From positions 1,440,001-1,504,000 of the forward strand of contig CAXXLX010000001.1 of assembly GCA_963665235.2 (NCBI GenBank): DNA of 64,000 bases, given 5' to 3'. Source of the DNA: Candidatus Poribacteria bacterium (GTDB taxonomy: Bacteria; Poribacteria; WGA-4E; WGA-3G). This document shows positions 58,146-64,000 of this stretch, piece by piece (positions within the stretch are counted from its first letter, which is position 1; each line of letters begins with the position of its first letter). Both the position numbers and the translations under genes were made by a program. The notes under the pieces are model-generated. The model was not told where the DNA came from, did no database searches, and saw only the letters and a list, made by a program, of their open reading frames with translations.

Positions 58146-59069
58146 TCATGTTTCGGACAAAAAGGCAGTGAACGTCTCTAATTCTTTAGAGACATTATCA
58201 AACAGCTTACGCACCCGCTTTGCATGCTTCGCCGAGCGCTCATAAATCAGTTCATCGCCATAGATATTGTTAACCTTATGTCGGAACTTTAAAAGTCGTC
58301 TTAATCGCCGCTGGGTGACTAGGGAAATTATAGGAGGACGTTCCGGGCGGCGTTCCGCCATTTGTGCAAGCAAATCCTTATGCCATTCAGCACCACTCGG
58401 TGTATGGTTATCCACCTCACGGGCAATCCGCTCGAAAATTTTCTCTATGCCGCTGTAAACTTCAGCCAAATCTGCTGCAAGTGCCCGTTCAATGAATTCC
58501 CGTGCTTCGTCCGGGAGTACATCAATTTTTTCCAACGCTCTCTCAATTCTTTGAACAGTTCTCTCTATTTTTGTGCGTTCATCGGCAATCCGTTGCGTGA
58601 GTTTGTCTCGATGCATTTCGTAAATTTCTCCGGCGGTCGGGTGTATTTCGTTGATAAATTTGAGAATGTCCATCTCCGCACTATCAATCGGAACGGCTTG
58701 ATTCAGCACGCGCCTCCGAAATAGCTCGCTAGTCTCCTCAAAATCTATAATGTCTATTTTAAACCCACCATTCAAACCCTCAGTTCCCCAGAGTGCGTCG
58801 AGGCATTTGTCGTACGAGAGCCCCCAGACGACAATATCTATGTCCGAGTGTTCGGCGAACAGGTGCCGTTCCGTGAGTGACCCGAAGACAGCCACCTTCG
58901 CCGCATCATATTCTTGATAGAGGACAGCAGCGATGCGATGCGCGGCCTCCCAGGCGCGGCGGAGCAATGCCTCATCAACCTGTTGCGTTTCCCAGTGGCG
59001 TTTGAGGTTTTCCCGGCATTCCGCACGCTCGGTTGACGACATTTCGTACGTTAAAGTTATGTCAGGCAT
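58146..59069 (-). CDS. MNT nucleotidyltransferase fused to a HepT-like HEPN domain
   Basis: VFGSL...SDIDIVV (GSx10DxD) then YSGIEKIFERIA, WHKDLL, FRHKVNNIY in one frame. Confidence 0.85.
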   Translation of the reverse strand: MPDITLTYEMSSTERAECRENLKRHWETQQVDEALLRRAWEAAHRIAAVLYQEYDAAKVAVFGSLTERHLFAEHSDIDIVVWGLSYDKCLDALWGTEGLNGGFKIDIIDFEETSELFRRRVLNQAVPIDSAEMDILKFINEIHPTAGEIYEMHRDKLTQRIADERTKIERTVQRIERALEKIDVLPDEAREFIERALAADLAEVYSGIEKIFERIAREVDNHTPSGAEWHKDLLAQMAERRPERPPIISLVTQRRLRRLLKFRHKVNNIYGDELIYERSAKHAKRVRKLFDNVSKELETFTAFLSET

Positions 59070-59098
59070 TTTTGAAACTCCCATGCATGGCGTGTGTA

Positions 59099-59121
59099 TC
59101 GCGAGCAAAGCTCGCTCCTAC
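59099..59121 (-). repeat. GTAG-type REP
   Basis: Minus strand GTAGGAGCGAGCTTTGCTCGCGA. Confidence 0.6.
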
Positions 59122-59166
59122 AAAAGAGTGCTGAAAAAAAATAGCAGCCCCGCGTTGTTTTTCCGA

Positions 59167-60150
59167 TTACGGTTGAATAGCTCCAGCATAAAGGTCATCC
59201 AATGCGTCTTCGGGAAGCGGTTCTGGACTATTTTTGGCGAAATCTAGTGCTTCCTCAAGTTCGTTTGCGAGTTCCGCTTCTAGGGCGGCAAGTTCATCTT
59301 CCGTTATCCCCTCCTCTTCGATAAGTGTCTGTGTGAGTCTACGGATGGGGTCGCGTTGGCGTTCCTGTTCTTGCACCTCTTCTCGGTCACGATAGGATGT
59401 GCCTGGGTCACCGATGTGGTGTCCTCGGAATCTGTAGGTATCACAATTGAGGAGGGTCGGTCCTCCGCCTTCTCGTGCGCGTGTGACGGCTTCGTGTGCT
59501 GCGGTGTAAACCTTGAGCACATCATTGCCATCGACGGTGACCCCTGGCATATCGTAGGCGGGTGCGCGGACAGCAATGTCCTCTACTCGCTGATGTTCAT
59601 GTTGCGGTGTTCCCATACCGAATCGGTTGTTTTCACAGACAAAAACGACTGGCAATTCCCATACCGCGGCGAGATTGAGCGTCTCATGAAATACGCCCTG
59701 GTTTGTCGCTCCGTCACCGAAGAAGGAGACAGCGATTTGCTGCGTTCCCCGGAGCTTGGCAGAAAGTGCTGCGCCAGCAGCTAACGGAATGCCCGCGCCG
59801 ACTACACCGTTGGCACCAAGGATGCCGGTCTCTTTGTCGGCGATGTGCATTGAACCCCCTTTGCCTTTGCAGTACCCGGTGGTGCGTGCAAACAGCTCCG
59901 CCATCATCCTGTCACGTTTACCCCCTTTTGCAATAAGGTGGCCGTGGCCGCGATGCGTACTCGTGATGTAATCGTCATCTTTTAGATGCACGCAAACACC
60001 TACAGCGGTGGCTTCTTCACCGATATAGAGGTGGAGAAAACCGGGGAGCTGTCCGCTCTGGTAAAGCGTTCCTGCGGCTTCTTCGAACTGACGAATTTCT
60101 ACCATCTTGCGATACATTAAAAGCATCTGCTCTTTATTTGGTTTTGACAT
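59167..60150 (-). CDS. TPP-dependent dehydrogenase E1 alpha subunit (pyruvate/acetoin type)
   Basis: GFLHLYIGEEA, STHRGHGH, GKGGSMH, GDGATNQG, YRFRGHH. Confidence 0.92.
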   Translation of the reverse strand: MSKPNKEQMLLMYRKMVEIRQFEEAAGTLYQSGQLPGFLHLYIGEEATAVGVCVHLKDDDYITSTHRGHGHLIAKGGKRDRMMAELFARTTGYCKGKGGSMHIADKETGILGANGVVGAGIPLAAGAALSAKLRGTQQIAVSFFGDGATNQGVFHETLNLAAVWELPVVFVCENNRFGMGTPQHEHQRVEDIAVRAPAYDMPGVTVDGNDVLKVYTAAHEAVTRAREGGGPTLLNCDTYRFRGHHIGDPGTSYRDREEVQEQERQRDPIRRLTQTLIEEEGITEDELAALEAELANELEEALDFAKNSPEPLPEDALDDLYAGAIQP

Positions 60151-60209
60151 AATTCCTTTCCTAAAAAATAGTGGCGCGACAGCGAACAGCGTCCGCCTAC
60201 TACCGCTTT

Positions 60210-60890
60210 CTACAAGGGTTCAATGCACTCTGGCGAATTGTTCATGGGCCGATTGACAAACCGAGAGACCGGGTAAGCCTCCATCTCCTCCGCGGAATAG
60301 GGGACGAGAAGCGGTTGTAGAACGTCCGCAGTGCACTCATCAGGCACAAGCCACGCTGCATAAGCATCCGGTGGTAAAATCACAGGCATCCGATGGTGAA
60401 TCTTTTCCAACTTATGATTAGGCGGACAGGTGATAATAGTGCAAGAGCGGAGCGGTTGCTGCGTCTCGTCTGGCTGCCATGTTTCCCATAACCCTGCGAA
60501 TGCAAACGGCTGTTGTGATTTGAGCCGGATGTAGATGGGTTGTTTAAGGCGGGTGTCGGGAATCTTTTGCCATTCATAATAGCCATCCGCCAGGATAAGG
60601 CATCGCCTACGTTTATAAGCTGCACGGAAGGACGGTTTTTCCGCAAGGGTTTCCGAGCGAGCGTTAATCATCCGATTGCCAATCTTTGGGTCTTTTGCCC
60701 AAGATGGAATGAGTCCCCAATGAAAAAACGCTAGAGGCATCTCTGTCTCAGTCGGTGTGTTTGTAATGACAGCGACATCCTGTGTCGGTGCAATATTGTA
60801 GCGTGGTGCCAAGGTCACGGGTGCGTCAAAGTTGAAAAAAAGCTGCTGCAGCGTCTCCGTGTCGCTTGCCAGGGTAAATCGTCCACACAT
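60210..60890 (-). CDS. SRAP/YedK abasic-site protein
   Basis: Start MCGRF (Cys2), YNIAPTQ, WGLIP, INARSET, GYYEW, HHRMP. Confidence 0.93.
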   Translation of the reverse strand: MCGRFTLASDTETLQQLFFNFDAPVTLAPRYNIAPTQDVAVITNTPTETEMPLAFFHWGLIPSWAKDPKIGNRMINARSETLAEKPSFRAAYKRRRCLILADGYYEWQKIPDTRLKQPIYIRLKSQQPFAFAGLWETWQPDETQQPLRSCTIITCPPNHKLEKIHHRMPVILPPDAYAAWLVPDECTADVLQPLLVPYSAEEMEAYPVSRFVNRPMNNSPECIEPL

Positions 60891-60903
60891 TGTCAGCTCC
60901 TTT

Positions 60904-61743
60904 TTAAGAAGGATTTTTGGGTTGCGGGACCAGAATATCATCTCTCCATCGGAGTCGGAAGGAGGGGCGGACAAGTGCCTCAGGGGATTGGAGTGTCAAT
61001 CCGCCATCGGCTGTCAACACGATGCCTGTGACGAAGTCTGCCTCATCGGATGCTAAGAAGAGCGCGACATTGGCGATATCTTCAGGTTTACCGTAGCGTC
61101 CGATAGGGTAGCAGTCCCGGGAGGCCTGTTCCTCTAATGTATCCGCTGCCAGGGATGCTTCGCCGCGTTCGCCGACAATTTGTCCTGGAGCGATAGCATT
61201 AGCACGGATGCCCTCCCTTCCGTAGTCAAGCGCGATGCTTCGCGTTAAGGCGTTCAATCCGCCTTTACCTGCCCCGTAAAGCCCGAACCCTGGGTTCGTA
61301 ATGGTGGCGTTAACGGTAGAGATGAAGACTAGCGTTCCGCCACCATTACGTATCATTTCAGGGATACAGTATTTGGCTCCGAGCCATGGCCCACCGAGCG
61401 TTACACCGAGGCTTTCGTTCCACTCTTCGGGTGTAAATTCAATCGCCTTTTTGGTGTAGGAGTGCGCTGCGTTATGAACGAGAGACGTTATCTTTCCGTA
61501 GTTCGTTAGTGCGGTTTCGACAAGCGTCTGCCACGTTTTTTCATCGGCGACATCACCCATAACGGGGGTCGCTTCTCCGCCAGCGTCCGTAATTCGGGTT
61601 ACGGTTTCAGCGAGTTTTTCTTCGCGTCGACGTGTGTTGACAACAACTTTCGCCCCTTCACAGGCGAATCGATAAGCAGTCGCTGCCCCAATTCCACCCC
61701 AGGCAGCTCCTGCAACAATGGCAACTTTTCCTTCCAGTCTCAT
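60904..61743 (-). CDS. SDR oxidoreductase
   Basis: AGAAWGGIG, HNAA, YGAGK, NAIAPG, ADGG. Confidence 0.9.
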   Translation of the reverse strand: MRLEGKVAIVAGAAWGGIGAATAYRFACEGAKVVVNTRRREEKLAETVTRITDAGGEATPVMGDVADEKTWQTLVETALTNYGKITSLVHNAAHSYTKKAIEFTPEEWNESLGVTLGGPWLGAKYCIPEMIRNGGGTLVFISTVNATITNPGFGLYGAGKGGLNALTRSIALDYGREGIRANAIAPGQIVGERGEASLAADTLEEQASRDCYPIGRYGKPEDIANVALFLASDEADFVTGIVLTADGGLTLQSPEALVRPSFRLRWRDDILVPQPKNPS

Positions 61744-61771
61744 AACAAATTCCTTTCTGTTGCGTTGGCAA

Positions 61772-63094
61772 TTATTCGTTCATCTCCATTTGTCTGATAG
61801 CAACAAGGTGCATGGCTTTCAAAAGATCTCGTTCTGCCGCCGCTATATTCCCTAAGTCTTCGTTAGCTACTGCTCGCGTGAGGTGTGCTTCGACGCTATC
61901 GGGTTCTAGGCGAATTGCCTCGTTCAGGTCAGCGAGCCCTTCTTCGCGGAGCCCAAGCCCAGATTTCGCGATAGCTCTATTGAGATGTGCCTCGGCGTTA
62001 TCCGGTTCTAGGCGAATTACCTCGTTAAAATCAGCAAGAGCCTCTTCATATAACTCAATGATACCCTTGGCTATACCGCGGTGACAGTAAGCTTCGGTGT
62101 TGTCTGGTTCTCTGCGGATTACTTCATCGAAATCTTTGATCGCCTCTTTGAGCTCACCTGTCCCCCACTTTGCCATGGCGCGGTTGTAATATGATACGGA
62201 GTCGTCAGGATTCAGCTGTATCGCTTTATCAGCGACTTTAATTACGGCTTTATATTCCTCGATATCTTCTTCAGATAACTCAAATAGATTTTCAAAAGGG
62301 GACCTGTCTAGTTCTCCGGCTAGGAGTGCTTGGAAAGGGTTATCTTCCGTGCTATTTGGCAGAAAGAAAAATTCATCCTCCTCATCGTCATATTCATCGT
62401 CATATTCATCGTCATATTCATCGTCATACACGTCCTCATATTCACCTTCATAGATATCTGCATCCGTGTGGATTTCGGTTATGAGTTCATGTCGCTCCTC
62501 CCGTGCCTCGAGATTATTGGGATTGAGGCGTATCGCTTCATCGTAATCGGCACGGGCAGCGTCAACCTCACCCCTACTTAATCTGAGTCCGGCGCGATAA
62601 TAGAGAGCCTCGCTGTTATCCGGTTGGAGCTGTAACGCTTTGTCATAATCAGCGAGTGCTTCATCACGGAGTTGCAACTCCTCTTTTGCTATGCCGCGGA
62701 CACAGTAGGCATCGGAAAAATTCCGGTTTAGCGTAATTGCGGTATTACAATCTTCTATGCTTGTCTGAAACTCACCGATAATACAGTGTGTGTAACCGCG
62801 TTTTACATAGGCTTCGACGTATTCCGGCTTATGCTCAATAGCGTCTTCGAAATCTTTAATAGCCTTGTCACATTCATCTAGCGCAAGATTTGACATACCG
62901 CGATTGTAGTACGCCTCGGCATAATCCGGTTTGGAACGTATTGCATTGTCGTAGTCCGCAATTGCGTCGACGTATTCGTCTCGAGCGGCTTTTGCAAACC
63001 CCTGCTTGTTATATTGTGCAGGACGCTTGATAATCTGACGTTTCCTTTTGTTGGAATGCCGTTTACGCTTGTTAGTCGGTTTCTTCTTAGCCAT
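61772..63094 (-). CDS. Cytoplasmic TPR protein with basic N-terminus and central acidic repeat
   Basis: Two TPR blocks (AYYNRG...AIxDFxxAI); DDEY x4 encoded by a 12-bp tandem repeat at 62382-62428. Confidence 0.88.
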   Translation of the reverse strand: MAKKKPTNKRKRHSNKRKRQIIKRPAQYNKQGFAKAARDEYVDAIADYDNAIRSKPDYAEAYYNRGMSNLALDECDKAIKDFEDAIEHKPEYVEAYVKRGYTHCIIGEFQTSIEDCNTAITLNRNFSDAYCVRGIAKEELQLRDEALADYDKALQLQPDNSEALYYRAGLRLSRGEVDAARADYDEAIRLNPNNLEAREERHELITEIHTDADIYEGEYEDVYDDEYDDEYDDEYDDEEDEFFFLPNSTEDNPFQALLAGELDRSPFENLFELSEEDIEEYKAVIKVADKAIQLNPDDSVSYYNRAMAKWGTGELKEAIKDFDEVIRREPDNTEAYCHRGIAKGIIELYEEALADFNEVIRLEPDNAEAHLNRAIAKSGLGLREEGLADLNEAIRLEPDSVEAHLTRAVANEDLGNIAAAERDLLKAMHLVAIRQMEMNE

Positions 63095-63215
63095 CCGTTC
63101 GTATCTCCATTATTTTTTATTAATTTATCGGCTCAAACACCTTATTAATTATCATACCATATTATCCACTTTTTTGCTATAATAATTTTAATCGTTACGA
63201 AGGGAGCCAATATAT

Positions 63216-63575
63216 ATGAAAACAGCGATAAAAGACTGGCTTGACAATTGTGTGGAAAAACTGAGCATCGGCGAGCTGACAGCAGCGGATTTACAAGGTG
63301 TAACAGCTGCATTGAATTCGGAAAAACAGCTTATCCTCTATCTCTATTCCAAATCGACGAACCTACGTTCGCCTATTGCGGGGTGGGCACTGTATGACCC
63401 AACGGCACCTGACGAGCCGATGCTGCCTTCGCAAGATGCACCTTACAGTTCTGTGCTCGACGCGGTTCGCGACGGGTGGCGGATTGTGCAATTTCCGCGC
63501 CCCGAACTTTACAACTTTTCTGATGTTGACAACGCCTATCTCAGTTTCGAGTTTATTCTGGAAAAAATTCTGTAA
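63216..63575 (+). CDS. Hypothetical protein
   Basis: RBS gggag; 119 aa with PYSSVLDAVRDGWRIVQFP; co-oriented with the following PhyH gene. Confidence 0.7.
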   Translation: MKTAIKDWLDNCVEKLSIGELTAADLQGVTAALNSEKQLILYLYSKSTNLRSPIAGWALYDPTAPDEPMLPSQDAPYSSVLDAVRDGWRIVQFPRPELYNFSDVDNAYLSFEFILEKIL

Positions 63576-63587
63576 AGGAGAAAACAG

Positions 63588-64000
63588 ATGATTAACGTTG
63601 AACCGACCCTAGATGACCATCAAATCATGCAATTTATTCACAACGGCTATATCACGTTAGAGCGAGTCGTTGACGCAGATTTCAATCGGGAATGCGAATC
63701 TGTTAACGGCGGACACCTAAGCGATTTTGTCCAAACCGATGCATTCCGCCGAAACGTGCTGCTCCATCCGACCGTTGCAGGTGTCGCGCGGTCGCTGCTA
63801 GGCGAAGATTTCATCGTGCCAACCAATGCACACCATCACCTCTTTGAAGCACCGCACCGTGGCCAAACCTGGCACTCCGATGGACTTACCGAATACGGAT
63901 ACGGTATCACACATCTTCAGTGCTACTATTATCCCAAAGCGGTCGAAATAGAGGATGGCCCAACGATGATTTTGCCAGGGTCACACTATCGCCTCGTCGA
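63588..64000 (+). CDS. Phytanoyl-CoA dioxygenase (PhyH) family, truncated by the window end
   Basis: Manual translation MINVEPTLDDHQIMQFIHNGY...SLLGEDF...WHSDG...DGPTMILPGSH; RBS aaggag. Confidence 0.85.
   Translation, partial: MINVEPTLDDHQIMQFIHNGYITLERVVDADFNRECESVNGGHLSDFVQTDAFRRNVLLHPTVAGVARSLLGEDFIVPTNAHHHLFEAPHRGQTWHSDGLTEYGYGITHLQCYYYPKAVEIEDGPTMILPGSHYRLV

Overview
64-kb bacterial window, roughly 48% GC by eye, from a diderm (lptFG, GT9 heptosyltransferase). It is most likely Candidatus Poribacteria; this is an inference from the LamG/NHL/TPR/PhyH repertoire, the dense GTAG-type REP hairpins and a recurrent C-terminal 'KLxxTWGxLK' tail. Housekeeping genes (purD, nusB, rsfS, uppS-like, rsgA, rnhC, thiI, lptF/G) flank accessory material. 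(1) An intact-looking IsrB OMEGA element, with its omegaRNA, both IS200/IS605 ends and an ATGA TAM (2411-3734). (2) A GmrSD nuclease and an MNT-HEPN fusion. (3) A mosaic tandem trio of secreted paralogs. (4) A ~17-kb co-oriented locus (28867-46230) that couples an archaeal/eukaryote-type (DK-motif) STT3 oligosaccharyltransferase with DUF1573, carboxypeptidase-regulatory-repeat, rhodanese and MauE/DoxX proteins, seven tail-bearing secreted paralogs and two paralogs of an unrecognised Trp/Gly-rich secreted family. This is my best candidate for an undescribed secretion/glycosylation system. Thirteen secreted proteins in the window share the C-terminal tail, a putative sorting signal. Intergenic DNA holds several MITEs with distinct ends and target duplications, all carrying REP-like hairpins, including a nested stack and one whose empty site is visible elsewhere in the window. 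All family calls are from motif recognition, not database searches.
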